This document shows, in pieces, positions 34,771 to 52,745 of a stretch of 64,000 nucleotides of DNA; the first letter of the stretch is position 1; the number at the start of each line of letters is the position of its first letter. Position numbers and translations under genes: made by a program. The stretch lies in assembly GCF_009914755.1 (NCBI RefSeq), contig NC_060931.1. One strand, given 5' to 3'. The stretch is from the human T2T-CHM13v2.0 reference genome, Homo sapiens. The notes under the pieces are model-generated. The model ran no database searches, had not been told where the DNA came from, and saw only the letters and a list, made by a program, of their open reading frames with translations.

Positions 34771-35123
34771 TGATATGGTTTGGCTGTATCCCCAGTCCAA
34801 ATCTCATCTTGAATAAGATGAGGGAGGGACCTTGTAGGAGATAACTGAATCATGGGGGGAGTCCCCACCATGGTATTCTCATGATGGTGAGTTCTCATGA
34901 GATCTGATGGTTTTACAAGGGGCTTTTCTCCCTTTGCTGGGCACTTCTCCTTCTTGTCCCCATGTGAGGAAGAACATGTTTGTTTCCCCTTCAGCCATAA
35001 TTGTAAGTTTCGTGAGGCCTCCCCAGCCCCATGGAACTACTTTGAGTCAATGAAACCTCTTTCCTTTGTAAATTTCCCAGTCTCAGGTATTTCTTCACAG
35101 TAGCATGAGAATGGACTAATACA
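34771..35123 (+). mobile_element. THE1 solo LTR
   Basis: tgatatggtttggctgt...ggactaataca; perfect TSD catgg. Confidence 0.92.
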
Positions 35124-35270
35124 CATGGTGACTTCTGTATCTTAACGACCAAATCAGTAATCACCATCCTGTCATCTAACTCCAAATAAAGTCTCTGCTT
35201 AGCAAAGTAAATGCCAGCTAGTCATTATCATTAACATTCTTTAAACATTCTTTTTATTCATAGTTTAGGT

Positions 35271-35440
35271 CAGTTATCTTCAAAATGTGGTAGTTTCAAG
35301 TTCACCAGAGAACTTTCTAGAAATGTAATTTATCAGCCCATTCTGATTTGAATCAGAAATTCTGGGAGCAAGCCGCAGTAATCAGCGTTTTAACAAGTCC
35401 TCCTGATGAATCTGACAATGCTAAAGTTTGAGGTTCACTG
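35271..35440. mobile_element. MER5A
   Basis: tgaatcagaaattctggga...ttttaacaag...aaagtttgaggttcactg. Confidence 0.7.
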
Positions 35441-35694
35441 GTATGGAGAAATATTTCCTGTTTCACATCTTTAACTCATTTTGAAAAACAAAACATGCTT
35501 TATGAATGGCTATATCATCGTAGGTGGCCATTGTCCATAAGACTAACCAACTGATACTGTGTGGGTCTTTGTTCAGACACATATCCACCCAACTCCCATT
35601 TCTTCTTTCATCTCTGCAATATAATTATTGTTTTATCAACTGGATTCACAGAAGAAAATGTAGACTTACAGAGCACTTTAGAATTTCCAAATCA

Positions 35695-36720
35695 GGGTTG
35701 AGCCAAGATGGCCGAATACGAAGAGCACCAGTCTACAGCTCCCAGCTTGAGCAACGCAGAAGATGGGTGATTTCTGCATTTACAACTGAGGTACCAAGTT
35801 CATCTCACTGGGGAGTGACGGAGAGTGGGTGCAGGACAGTGGGTGCAGCGCACCGAGCATGAGCCATAGCAGGGTGAGCCATTGCCTCACCTGGCAAGTG
35901 CGAGGGGTCAGGGAATTCCCTTTCCTAGTCAAAGAAAGGGGTGACAGATGGCACCTGGAAAATTGGGTCACTCTCACCCTAATACTGCACTTTTCCAACA
36001 GTCTTAGCAAACGGCATACCAGGAGATTATATCCTGCACATGGCTCAGAGGATTCTACACCCACAGAACCTCGCTCATTGCTAGCACAGAAATCTGAGAT
36101 CAAACTGCAAGGCTGCAGGAAGGCTGGGGGAGGGGCGCCCACCATTGCTGAGGCTTCAGTAGGTAAACAAAGCGGCCAGGAAGCTCGAATTGGGTGGAGC
36201 CCACCACAGCTCAAGGAGGCCTGCCTGCCTCTGTAGACTCCACCTCTGGGGGCAGGGCATAGCCAAACAAAAGGCAGCAGAAACCTCTGCAGACTTCAAT
36301 GTCCCTGTCTGACAGCTTTGAAGAGAGTAGCGGTTCTCCCAGCACCCAGCTGGAGATCTGAGAATGGACAGACTGCCTCCTCAAGTGGGTCCCTGACCCC
36401 TGAGTAGCCTAACTGGGAGGCATCCCCCAGTAGGGGCAGAATGATACCTCACATGGCCGGGTACTCCTCTGAGACAAAACTTCCAGAGGAACAATCAGAC
36501 AGCAACATTTGCTGTTCACCAATATCCGCTGTTCTTCAGCCTCCACTGCTGATACCCATGCAAACAGGGTCTGGAGTGGACCTCCAGCAAACTCCGACAG
36601 ACCTGCAGCTAAGGGTCATGACTGTTAGAAGGAAAACTAACAAACAGATAGGACATCCACACCAAAACCCCATCCATACATCACCATCATCAAAGACCAA
36701 AGGTAGATAAAACCACAAAG
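35695..36720 (+). promoter_or_regulatory. L1 5'UTR internal sense/antisense promoter with YY1 motif and ZNF93-target segment
   Basis: caagatggcc at 35704-35713; segment 36468-36595 that is deleted in younger L1s is present. Confidence 0.75.
35780..36145 (-). CDS. L1 antisense ORF0-like ORF, 121 aa, open; expression unknown
   Basis: MVGAPPPAFLQPCSLISDFCASNERGSVGVESSEPCAGYNLLVCR matches recalled ORF0; gcaATGg context. Confidence 0.55.
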   Translation of the reverse strand: MVGAPPPAFLQPCSLISDFCASNERGSVGVESSEPCAGYNLLVCRLLRLLEKCSIRVRVTQFSRCHLSPLSLTRKGNSLTPRTCQVRQWLTLLWLMLGALHPLSCTHSPSLPSEMNLVPQL

Positions 36721-37736
36721 ATGGGGAAAAAACAGAGCAGAAAAACTGGAAACTCTAAAAATCAGAGTGCCTCTCCTCCTCCAAAGGAACGCAGCTACTC
36801 ACTAGCAATGGAACAAAGCTGGACGGAGAATGACTTTGATGAGTTGAGAGAAGAAGGCTTCAGATGATCAAACTACTCTGAGCTAAAGGAGGAAGTTCGA
36901 ACCCATGACAAAGAAGTTAAAAACCTTGAAAAAAAATTAGATGAATGTCTAACTAGAATAATCAATGCAGAGAAGTCCTTAAAGGACATGATGGAGCTGA
37001 AAACCATGGCACAAGAACTACATGACGAATGCACTAGCCTCAGTAGCCAATGCGATCAACTGGAAGAAAGGGTATCAGTGGTGGAAGATCAAATTAATAA
37101 AATGAAGCGAGAAGAGAAGTTTAGAGAAAAAAGAATAAAAAGAAATGAACAAAGCCTCCAAGAAATATGGGACTATGTGAGAAGACCAAATCTACGTCTG
37201 ATTGGTGTACCTGAAAGTGACGAGGAGAATGGAAACAAGTTGGAAAACACTTTGCAGGATATTATCCAGGAGAACTTCCCCAATCTAGCAAGGCAGGCCA
37301 ACATTCAAATTCAGGAAATACAGAGAATACCACAAAGATACTCCTCGAGAAGAGCAACTCCAAGACACATAATTGTCAGATTCAGCAAAGTTGAAATGAG
37401 GAAATAATGTTAAGGGCAGCCAGAGAGAAAGGTCGGGTTACCCACAAATGGAAGCCCATCAGACTAACAGTGGATCTCTCAGCAGAAACTCTACAAGCCA
37501 GAAGACAGTGGGGACCAATATTTAACATTCTTAAAGAAAAGAATTTTCAACCCAGAATTTCATATCCAGCCAAAGTAAGCTTCATAAGTGAAGGAGAAAT
37601 AAAATACTTTACAGACAAGCAAATACTGAGAGATTTTGTCACCACCAGGCCTGCCCTAAAAGACCTCCTGAAGGAAGAACTAAACATGGAAAGGAACAAC
37701 TGATACCAGCCACTGCAAAAACATGCCAAATTGTAA
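36721..37736 (+). pseudogene. Disrupted L1 ORF1
   Basis: MGKKQSRKTGNSK start; premature TGA ~36865, frameshift ~37405, TGA 37701. Confidence 0.9.
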
Positions 37737-37799
37737 AGACCATCGAGGCTAGGAAGAAACTACATCAACTAACGAGCAAAATAACCAGCTAACATCATA

Positions 37800-41624
<3,825 letters not shown>

Positions 41625-42068
41625 ACAATGAGAACACATGGACACAGGAAGGGGAACATCACACCGGGGCCTGTTGTGGGTTGGGGGCGGGGGAGGGATA
41701 GCATTAGGAGATATACCTAATGTTAAATGACGAGTTAATGGGTGCAGCACACCAACATGGCGCATATATACATATGTAACAAACCTGCACGTTGTGCACA
41801 TGTACCCTAAAACTTAAAGTATAATAATAATAAAAAAAAGAATTTCCAAATCACTTTTCTTAGGTAATAGTCTCTGATTTTTACTCACTATAATATAGAT
41901 AATGAAAGCTCAAAGTTTAAGTGATTTTACAAAGTTATATGGCCAATAAATGCAAGAACTGGGACATGAAATTATCACCGAAATGCACTACCTTCAGTTT
42001 TCAATGACATTTTCAACAAGTTGTAGGAAAAGAAAGTAACCAGATGATTTTTAAAAACTGTTATTCTT

Positions 42069-42366
42069 GGCCGGGCGCTGTGGCTCATGCCTGTAATCCC
42101 AGCACTTTGTGAGGCCGAGGCAGGCGGATCACAAGGTCAGGAGATCGAGATGATCCTGGCTAACATAGTGAAACCCCGTCTCCACTAAAAATACAAAATT
42201 TAGCTGGGCGTGGTGGCACGTGTGCCTGTAGTCCCAGCTACTCCGGAGGCTGAGGCAGGAGAATGGCGTGAACCCGGGTGGCAGAGCTTGCAGTGAGCGG
42301 AGATCGCACATGGGCGACAAAGCCAGACTCTGTCTCAAAACAAACAAAGCAACAAACAAAAAAAAA
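42069..42366 (+). mobile_element. AluY with small right-arm deletion
   Basis: gagatcgagatgatcctggctaaca, gaatggcgtgaaccc; TSD aaaaact(g/t)ttattctt. Confidence 0.9.
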
Positions 42367-42893
42367 CTTTTATTCTTAAAACATAAGAAAATTGGGGCCC
42401 AGGATTAAAAAATAACATTTTCTAAAGGAAAAATAATTAGTCTTCATGTACCTGTGCCATAATGCTTTTATCTGTAAAACTGATGTCAAAGTTTATAAGA
42501 ATGATTAATGGTAACACAATTTATAAGAAACTCATTTCACTCATAAGTCATCATACTAATGCAAATTTTTACAAAATCCCCAAGAAACCAGTTTAAATTT
42601 AAGATTAAAAATAGATTTTTGAAAGATGATAGGCAATACGAACAAATAAGAAAAGTGTAAAGCATAAACAAATCCAATAATATATTTTAAAAAATATTCT
42701 GAATTCAAGTGTTCAAAGTAAGAGTAACAGAAAGACAATATTCTGGCTAATCCTCACACATTCGACTTTTTCTCTGCATTACTGTTTAAATCAAGATATC
42801 TTCACTACTTCCAACAGTATTTAATAATTGTTACCCTAAGCAACAAAATATCTAAAACTTTGAAACAGAGATCTTAAGTAAACAGAAAACATC

Positions 42894-43350
42894 TGCTATG
42901 GTTTGAATGTTTGTGCCTTCTGTAACTCACACTGAAATTTAACCCCAATGTAACAGTATTAAAAGGAAGGGCCTTTAAGAGGTGATAAGAGTTATGAGGC
43001 CTCATGAATGGACTAGTCCATTCATGGCTTCATGGATTAATGGGTTAATGAATTAATGGGTTAATAGGTTAATGGATTGATGGACTATCACAGGAACAGG
43101 TTAGTTATTATGAGAGTTGGACTGTTATAAAAGCCAGGCTGGCTCTCTCTTGGTGCTCTCTTGCCATGTGATGCCCTTGGCCACCTCAGGACTCTGCAGA
43201 TAGTATCTGTCAGCAAGAAGGCTCTCACCAGATGTGATATCTTGTCCTGAGATTCCCCAGCCTCCAGAACTGTTAGAAACAAATTTTTTTTCTTTATAAA
43301 TTACCCAGTCTCAGGTATTCCATTATAGCGACAGAAAATGGACTAAAACA
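42894..43350 (+). mobile_element. MaLR solo LTR, MSTC/D-like
   Basis: tgctatggtttgaatg...ttaatgggttaatg repeats...ggactaaaaca; TSD acatc/gcatc. Confidence 0.82.
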
Positions 43351-44454
43351 GCATCTAATATATATATTTTTTCTTTTCAGCAAACAGTTCTTCAAGACTG
43401 TAATGATGAAGAACTCAAACTAGGGCACATGTTAACCAGAGTTGCTTTACAAAATGTTTATGTAGAGCTTTAAAAAAAAAAAGTGGCTTTACTCAGTGTA
43501 GAAGACAGCAGTGCTATAAATTAACCCCAAGGCCCACATCTCGTGATGCATTTGACAGTTTATCAGTTCTAGGGAATGTGTGCAGGCAATTTAAATGAAA
43601 GATGAAGGCAAAGGCTCCAAGGGCTCGCTATTAAACACAGAGCATTATTTGCTGTAAATATCTGCATATTCAAAAGGTTGAGAGAGCATGGTCAACTCGA
43701 TTCACTTGGTTTCATTAGCAGAAACATCACTGTGGAAATCTCTGTTATTACTGACTTAAAAGGTTTATAGTTTTGAGGAAAAAGGGTGTTCAAAGTAAAC
43801 AAATTATTTAACTTAAACAATGTAACTTTATAACCCTTCTAAAATATATACGCATGATGGATTATAAGTAAGTGGATTATAAATAAATATCAAATTATAT
43901 AAGTAATGATATTTGGCATTTGGAAAAATTTTCAATCAATTTTTCTTATGTTTTAAACTTAAAAAAAGAATGATTCTTTTTTCAAATCAGATTGTTAGGC
44001 TTCAATAAGAACTAACTTCTCAAAATGAATGGAGTTTAGAATAAAATTTACTTGTCAACCTATATGACAAATCAAGTTAATTTGGGATATAATTTTCATT
44101 CAGCATGCAGTCTTAAGAAAGACCCTGTTTATTTCCTGCATTTCTTTGAGCACCTTTATTATATTTCAGAATCTATTTCACTTTCTATATAAATATATTT
44201 CTAGCATCTGGTGTACTTGAAACTATCTTTAGGCTCATGTTTAGTTGTTCTACCTAGAGTTTTTAGCATTTTCCTTGTCCTCAAAACTTGTCAGCACAAT
44301 ACAAAATATCCACAAAAGCCATACAATGAGGCTGCATGAATAAATTAATCTGGTCGCTTAAACAGGTAAAGCTCCTCATTGTGAAATAATATAAATAAGC
44401 ATATACGACACTAAATAAAAATGTCTTCTGTTTTGAATCTATGGAAGTGATTGA

Positions 44455-44727
<273 letters not shown>

Positions 44728-45372
44728 TAAAAATATAAAGTGCTCTAATTGGCTTTTACCAGTTAGAGCATAACAACCTTCACTTTAGTATGAAAAGCTG
44801 TATTTTCAACGATATTCATTGCCTCTTTGGCGTCATTGCCACCAACTATGATAACAAATAGAAAATGTAATCAATAATCACTAACAAAAATCACCAACTT
44901 ACTAAGTAGTTTTGTTTAAAATGCTCATTTCTAAGAAGAAACCCAGAATACTTGTTCAAGGAATATATTTTATAAATGGCCGTTGAGTTTCCAGATTAGT
45001 TGGCCAAATCCTATTTAAATCATGATATAAGTGAGCCAAAATACTCACAATACAGCCCAATGCATTTAATGGAACTCTCTAGTTTTAGAAAAGTTCACCT
45101 TAAACATATTTATCATATTTATCTAATTTCATGTATAAGGAACACTTCTGAAGGAAAAAAGCAATCATCATTTTTAACCCATATCAAGGGAAGCATGTAC
45201 TTTGTTTCCCAAGTTGAAGGATCAAAAACTCATTAATCTCTCAGAAAGTCTGCAGGATCTTAGGCTTGATTCTTTTTATACTGATGGCACTCATACCTGT
45301 GGCAGTAGCCACTGTTCTTAGAAGGTTTCTTACCCTTTTTCTGGAGCCTCCAGAATCCAACAGTGTCAGAGG

Positions 45373-47022
45373 CAGTGGTGTGCTAGAGTCAGCTGAAAAT
45401 GGCTTTCAAGAGCCAATTAAATTTAAGAATTTTGACTGTGTTAAACATAACCATTATTAAAAATTAAATCATATGAACTTATAATTAAACACACTATATT
45501 AAAATCAAAGTATCATAATTCCTCCAGCTTTGTTCATTTTGCTTAGGATTGCCTTGGCTATCTGGGCTACTTTTTGGTTCCATATAAATTTTAAAATGTT
45601 TTTTTCTAGTTCTGTGAAGAATGCCACTGGTAGTTTAATAGGAGTAGCATTGAATCTATGAATTGTTTTGTGCAGTATGGCTATTTTAACAATATTGATT
45701 CTTCCTATTTATGAGTATGGAAAGTTTTTCCATTTGTTTGTGTCATCTCTGATTTCTTTGTCACTTAAGCCACAAGCAATCACAATGAAAACAAAAATTG
45801 ACAAACGAGATCTAATTAAACTTAAGGCTTCTGAAGAGCAAAAGAAAGTACAGACAACCTACAGGGTGGGACAAAATATTTGCAAACTATGCATGTGAGC
45901 AAAGGTCTAATATCGAGCATCTATAAGGAACTTAAATTTATAAGAAAAATAACAAAGAACCCTATTAAAGAGTGAGCAAAGGACAGACACTTTTCAAAAG
46001 AAGACATACATGTGGCCAACAAGCATATGAAAGAAAGCTGAATATCACTGATCATTACAAAAATGCAAATCAAAACCACAATTAGATACTATCTCACACC
46101 AGTCAAATGGCTATTATTAAAAAGTCAAAAAATAACAGATGCTGGTGAGGTGGCAGGAGAAAAGGAACTCTTATATACACTGTTTGCAGGAGTATAAATT
46201 AGTTCATCCGTTGTGGAAAACAATGTGGCAAATCCTCAAAGACCTGAAACAGAAATGCCAAATCAACGGAATGTAAATTGTTCTATCATAAAGGCACATG
46301 CATGCATATGTTCACTGCATCACCACTCACATTAGTAAAGACATGGAATCAACCTAAATGTCCATTAATGTTAAACTGGATAAAGAAAATGTCGTACATA
46401 TACACCATGGAATACTATGCAGCCATAAAAAATGATGAGATCATGTCCTTTGCAGGAACGTGGATGGAGCTGGAGGCCATTCTCCTTAGCAAACTAACAC
46501 AGAAACAGAAAACCAAATACTGCATATTCTCACTTATAAGTGGGAGATGAGTGATGAGAACACATGGACACATAGAGGGGAACAACACACACTAGGGCCT
46601 ATCAGAGGATCAGGGTGGGAGGAGGGAGAAGATCAGGAAAAATAAATAATGGATACTAGGCTTAATATCCTGGTGATGAAATAATTTGTCATCACACTCC
46701 TGTGATTGTAAGTTTACTTATATACCAAACCTGCACATGTACCCCTGAACTTAAAAGTTTTTTGAAATAAGTAAACATTCAAACTCATAATTTTCTATTT
46801 ATTTAATAACATTTCCCTTCTATTTTTACTCTTCAGCATATTTTACCTATTTGATTTGTATGGTGGAAATACTACATAATAATATGTTATTGCACGTATT
46901 TTTTCAACTCCTCATTCAATGATGTTGGTTGAATTTGGCCATGTAGAAGTATTTGCACCATGGGAATTAGGAAACACTATTAATTAGGGGTTTTTTCTTC
47001 TGGAGAGCTGGCTTCTCCAGGC
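45373..47022. mobile_element. MER63-type hAT element split by an L1 insertion
   Basis: cagtggtgtgctagagtcagct start; resumes after 46770 (tggtggaaatact...ctggagagctgg). Confidence 0.6.
45511..46770 (+). mobile_element. L1PA13-type element with 5' inversion (45511-45759 antisense)
   Basis: Antisense ORF2 piece, then sense ORF2 end and 3'UTR (gatcaggaaaaataa...gtacccctgaacttaaaag). Confidence 0.8.
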
Positions 47023-47404
47023 AAACTCTACCATTTATAGCTAAGAGTGATACTTAACCAACAAGAAGATTTCACATTTAAAACAGAAAACAAGACACTT
47101 CTCCATGACATTCATATGACACTTTTTAATATTTTCATAAGAATGAAATTGAGACAAAATGAAAAACAGGAAGTATTGAAAGGAAAAAATGTCACCACAT
47201 TGCACCTGAATAGGCATTATAAAGGAGAGTTGAGGAAGAACAAGTAAAAATGTCTGGAGTTGGTTATATATACTTAAATCGTTAATGTTATTTCTTCTTT
47301 CTCCTGCTTTTGCAATACTGACCAAGCACTTGGTCCCAAGATACCGACAGGATCCCAACCTTGATGTGATGGAAGGAAAATAGGCACTACAAGCAATGAA
47401 TCAG

Positions 47405-47560
47405 AGTCAGTTTACCTCTGTTAAAATCCTACCTTGGCTATCTGCCAGCTAAGTATGTATAGCCTTCATAAGCTTTAGTTTCCTAATCTACTAAGTAGTC
47501 AACATAAGAGTACTTTCCTCATAAAGCTGTTGGGGGTTTAAATGATATAATGTGTGTACT
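47405..47560 (+). mobile_element. MIR SINE
   Basis: ctttagtttcctaatct...cctcataaagctgttgggggtttaaatga. Confidence 0.55.
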
Positions 47561-47561
47561 G

Positions 47562-47735
47562 CAGAGGTTGTCAAACCTCAGTGAACATTGGAATCCCCTG
47601 GGAGGTGTGAAAAACTACTGACACTCCGGGTCTCAATCATACAGATCCAAACTTAATTAATCCAGAGTGGGGCTGAGTGTATTTTAAACAGTCTCCAAGA
47701 TGATTCTGTCATATAGTCTGTGTTGAGAACTACTG
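47562..47735. mobile_element. MER5-family DNA transposon
   Basis: cattggaatcccctgggag...gatgattct...gttgagaactactg. Confidence 0.6.
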
Positions 47736-48069
47736 TTAGCCATTACTACCAGTAATCCATCACACCATAACTGTCTAAAGAATTACCAATGGGCAAAGGT
47801 ATACATACAGGAAAAACATGTTTATTAATTTGTTCACTTGCCAAAAGAGCTCAGAAATTAGAGATTTCTTTACTCTCATCACTCAACCCTTCAATGAGGG
47901 TGGAGCCACCATTTAAAATTTTTATCACACTCAAGAAGGCCTCCTAAAAGTGGATGCATTCTGAGATCCATTTACTAAAGTGAAAGGGACCCAAATCCTT
48001 TCTAAGCTTATTTGAAAGGAGCCTCTTTGCTTTTGTGTTACTTTGTGTGCACAATTTAGTTAAAGCCTT

Positions 48070-48830
48070 GAGTGAATCCTCATTTCCACCAAGTTCCATT
48101 GCTGCCACTCACGTCCAAACCACTACCATATCAAGATGGACCCTTACTCACTAGTGCTTCCTGTTTGGACTTCCTGCTGCCTCATATATCTGACCTTCAG
48201 TACATATTTTTGCATTTGTCAAGGATATTTTTAAAACACACAATTTATCTTCTTATTCTTACTCTCGAAACTCTCCTTTGATGTTTTCCTATCACCTTTA
48301 TTCAAAGTCTCCCTACAAGGCCTTTTAGAGCTGGTCCCCAGCTTCCTCTCTGACTTAATTCATATGCTTCTATCACTCACTCCACTCCAGCTTCTCTGAC
48401 CCCTTTGCTATTCCTTGAACACATCAAGCAAGCTCTCTATTTAGGTCCTTCACACTTGCTCGGCCCTCTACCTACAATATTCTTCCACTCCAAATGCCAT
48501 GGTTCTCTCCCCCTTCCTTTGGATACTTGCTCAGATATCATCTCAGAGATGTTTATGATCACTCTAAGATTATAACCCCTACTGTTGTCACCCCTATGCC
48601 AACTGTTGTCACTCTTCATTCGTTTATGAAACTCTATGTTCCTTTACTGCACTGATTAATCCTATTAATTATACCATATATTTATTTTTTAATGTATCTT
48701 TTCTCCATGGAACTTGAGCTGTATGAAAGGAGAAACCTTAGTTCTTTTGCTTGCAGCTGTATACCCAGCATATAAATATGAATATAGAGTGGGAACTCAA
48801 TAAATACTTGTTGTGTAGATAAATAAATAG
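48070..48830 (+). mobile_element. L2 LINE 3' portion
   Basis: ccactccagc...ttccttgaacacatcaagc...ctcaataaatacttgttg. Confidence 0.7.
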
Positions 48831-51120
48831 GTAGTCAAGATGAGTTGCCTACAAGTCCTGTGAGTCCCAGAAAATTCTAGAATTCTTTCAGTTCATTGAT
48901 TAAAACTGCAAGACCAATTAGCTTCACAACAGATGGCGAACCTAAAGCCAAGCAGCCATCTTGCTAATTCTGGCATCTGTCACAAGACGAATTAGGAGCA
49001 TGGATAGATCAGTTAAGATTCAGCAGCATTATAGGAAACACCTCAAACCCTTGTCCTTCCAGCATTTGTGTTTTCATGAAATGTGAAAAAGACCCCACTG
49101 TAATATCTATAAGTTTAAGGAGCAGGGATTAAATCAACTTAAATTCTGTTGTTAGTGATTTAACAGAAAAAATTATCCTATATTTATATGTGATTTGAAA
49201 AATTCAGACCAATACACTAAACACAGTTATTTAACAATTTTCTTTTTAATAAGCTTATTGTTTATAAAGCAGACAATATTACAGAGAGCTCAATATATGA
49301 AATGTAATGAATACAAGTGTGTGATAGAATGATTTAAAAAATAAAATTTCCCTCCACGGTACCGATGATAGCTGCTAAGAAGTTTGGAAATAGATGCTAT
49401 CCAATGTTATTATCATTATATCATCATTGTTAATAAGCAATAATGAAGCTAATGTTTCTTCCCTGGAAGTGGTAGAACAACAACAAAAAACCTGTCAGAA
49501 ATATTCAAGCAAGCACTTTGGTTATTTTGGTGTTCAGTGACACCAGAGATGGTGAGAATCATTGTATGAATTCATCAATTTTGTTGGTGTCATGTAGACA
49601 CAGCCAGGCTCAAATGAAATATACTTTTTTTTTTTAAGTAAAAGGGCTTCTATTCACCGTACAGGAAATTAAGTGATCGGTTCTTGTCAAACAAAAAGTA
49701 AATTGTTTTAAGGAAAAAGAATTCTTTTGACATTTAGTCAAATTTTATTCTTTCAGGAAACAAGCAATTCTTTGACAGAAAAATATGTTATTGCCAGAGG
49801 ATATGTATTCCTCTTTTATATTTTGCTAGTTTTCTATTTTCTCAGCACATAAGGAACAGATGGAAATAAAGCCGATCCAATGAAATAATTTCTTTTACAT
49901 CCCAGCAATAAGGAAAACTAAAATTCAATGAAATGATCTAACCAAATTTCCACATATATGTATACGTATTTTGGAAACTTTATAGGAAGTGTAAAACCAA
50001 AGAGAAATCATGGGAATTATTAAAATAATATTTACTTTTTCATTTCCTTTCAGACAACTTTATAGTTGTTATTTGTATTCTTCTGTAAATTCTCATTTTC
50101 CCCTAGATATGAATGCAAAAAGCTATACTACTTGCTCCAAAATGATGTTTAGTTTTCTTAGAGAGTTTTTCACACTCAGAATAAATTATACTCCCTAGGA
50201 CTGGGCCTAATCATACAACTTTAGAAAGAGAATATGAATACTCTCATATTGCTGGCTGGTAAACTAACTTTTTTCCAATGCACTTCCTATGTTTACCTCA
50301 TGACAGTCTATCACTTAGATTTTAAAATAAAATCATTTTATAATAAAATTATTTGCTTTCAAACCAAACCATAGTACCAATATAAGCAAATAACCTGGAG
50401 CAACATTGGGAACCATTAATTTGTCTCAAATCAAATATTTAACCTACCTCAGATCATATTCATAGAGTCAAACTCATGGTGATTAAGAACCATGGCGGCC
50501 ATTCACATGAATTTAGAACTCTTTTAGAAGCCGGAGTTCTACAATTCATATCCACATGAGAAACTGAAACAAAAATTAAGGCAAATTTCACATACAGAAA
50601 ATCAATAGAACTTTTCAGTGGGTTGCTTGTGTGAAACATGCAAACTTTCCTTTTACCTGGCAGGGATATATCCTGTAATCAATGACGCTTAATATCCTTT
50701 AGTTAATGACACTAAACACAAAAGCTCAGTTGGACCCCTGTTGGTAGTTCTCCCGGGCAACCAGCAGAAACAAACCCTAGGAAGTATGAAAAGCTAAAAT
50801 CGAGGGAAAAAGTAGGGAAGATATTGTAAACAATACATGACACATTCAAACATTTTAGAGACTGGATCCTGGAAAAGAGCAGTTCTAGCACACAGCTTTC
50901 CCAGCTTAGCTTCTTCTCAGATTCCCCCAAATTACCAGGGTCATTCTATTACTAGCTGACCTGAGTGAAGAGTGACAGAGAGGAAGTGAGAGAGGAAAGA
51001 GAAGGCAGTCTGAACTCATTGTCCTTAAAATAGCTTTTGCAAAATTTTCTAAAACATATGAACATGTGAACACATTGCTAGGGCCACTTTCTCGGGATTC
51101 ATGCAAGTGGGAGTTCCTGA

Positions 51121-51435
<315 letters not shown>

Positions 51436-51672
51436 GAGTTCCTGAATCTTAAGCTGTGTGACTTTGAAGGTACATTTCCCACAATCACTGGAACACAATG
51501 GTAGTACAGATTAAGCAAATAAGACAATGGAGTGAGAAAGTGAAGTTAAAGCCATAGCTTTTATTCTTTATCTTGTTTTTAAGAATTTGGTGCCATATAT
51601 TTAAAATGTCCCTGACATACATTTTGACATACAGAATTTTTTTACCACCTCTCTTTGTCACCAAAGGCAAAA

Positions 51673-51698
51673 GTGTGTGTGTGTGTGTGCGTGTGTGC
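51673..51698. repeat. (GT)n microsatellite
   Basis: Directly visible. Confidence 0.9.
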
Positions 51699-52466
51699 AT
51701 AGAAAAATACGCAGTTATTAGCTTTGAATAAATTGTGGAACTGACTGAACAACTTGAGATATTTATGGCTAACTACTAAGTATTTAAAGATGTATAACTA
51801 TCCTCTTCTTTATTCCCTGTTGCACAGTGAATCAGCGGCACCAAATCATTGTCTATATGTTTTTTAAATTTCAAAACCCTTGAGAGCTGCACAGAAATAA
51901 ATCCTCTGTCATTTACAAATGCCATTCTTGTCTTATTTTTAACTACATCTCTAGGACTTACTTCATTTGGGGCTTGTAATAGGTGGGACAGCTGATTCAA
52001 AGAAGTACAGGCAGATTCATCAGTGCTCAGCCAGTGGCTGCAGCTCCACTACACCTTCCCAAGTTCTCAGACAATGACATAATCTGATTCTAAGTGTAGA
52101 AGAAAGATAAAATTCATGCATGGGGAAATATGATTTTGCCAGAGGAGCGAAGGATGCTAGAAGACGTGTATGAAATCAGAATAAAATTTCAGATGAAGAA
52201 GAAAGACAATAGAAGAAAATTTCCAAAAATATGGAATATAACATTAGGCTAAGACTTTAAAAATTCTATGAAAAAAAATCAATAATACTAGTGGTCCTGA
52301 AGAATGGAAGAAAACATTTTCCTTTTTACCTTGGGGAGGATAAAATCAAATGTAAACTCTGTGTCCTCTAATACTGTTAGAAGATCATACATTTGAAAGC
52401 TAATACAGTTCTCTATAACTTGTGGTTAACACTGCATGCATAGCATACTAAATAATAACGCAGTTC

Positions 52467-52745
52467 TTTTTTTTTTTTTTTTGAGACAGAGCCTTGCTCT
52501 GTCACTCAGGCTGGAGCACAGTGGCACCTTCTCGGCTCACTGCAGCCTCTGCCTCAGCCTCCTGAGGACTACACCTGGGACTACAGACATGTGTCAACAC
52601 GCCCAACTAATTTTTGTATTTTTAGTCGAGACCGGGTTCCACCATGTTGGCTAAGCTGGTCTTGAACTCCTGGCCTCAAGCAATCCACCTGCTTAGGCCT
52701 CCCAAAGTGCTGGGATTATAGGTGTGAGCCACCCCTCCCCTGGCC
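52467..52745 (-). mobile_element. Alu (J/S) with internal deletion
   Basis: Antisense Alu; TSD aataa(c/a)gca(g/a)ttc. Confidence 0.85.

Noticed and set aside
50652-50687. U1 snRNA-like ttacctggcaggg
   Set aside because: Only 13 nt match, similarity decays at once and there is no TSD; probably chance
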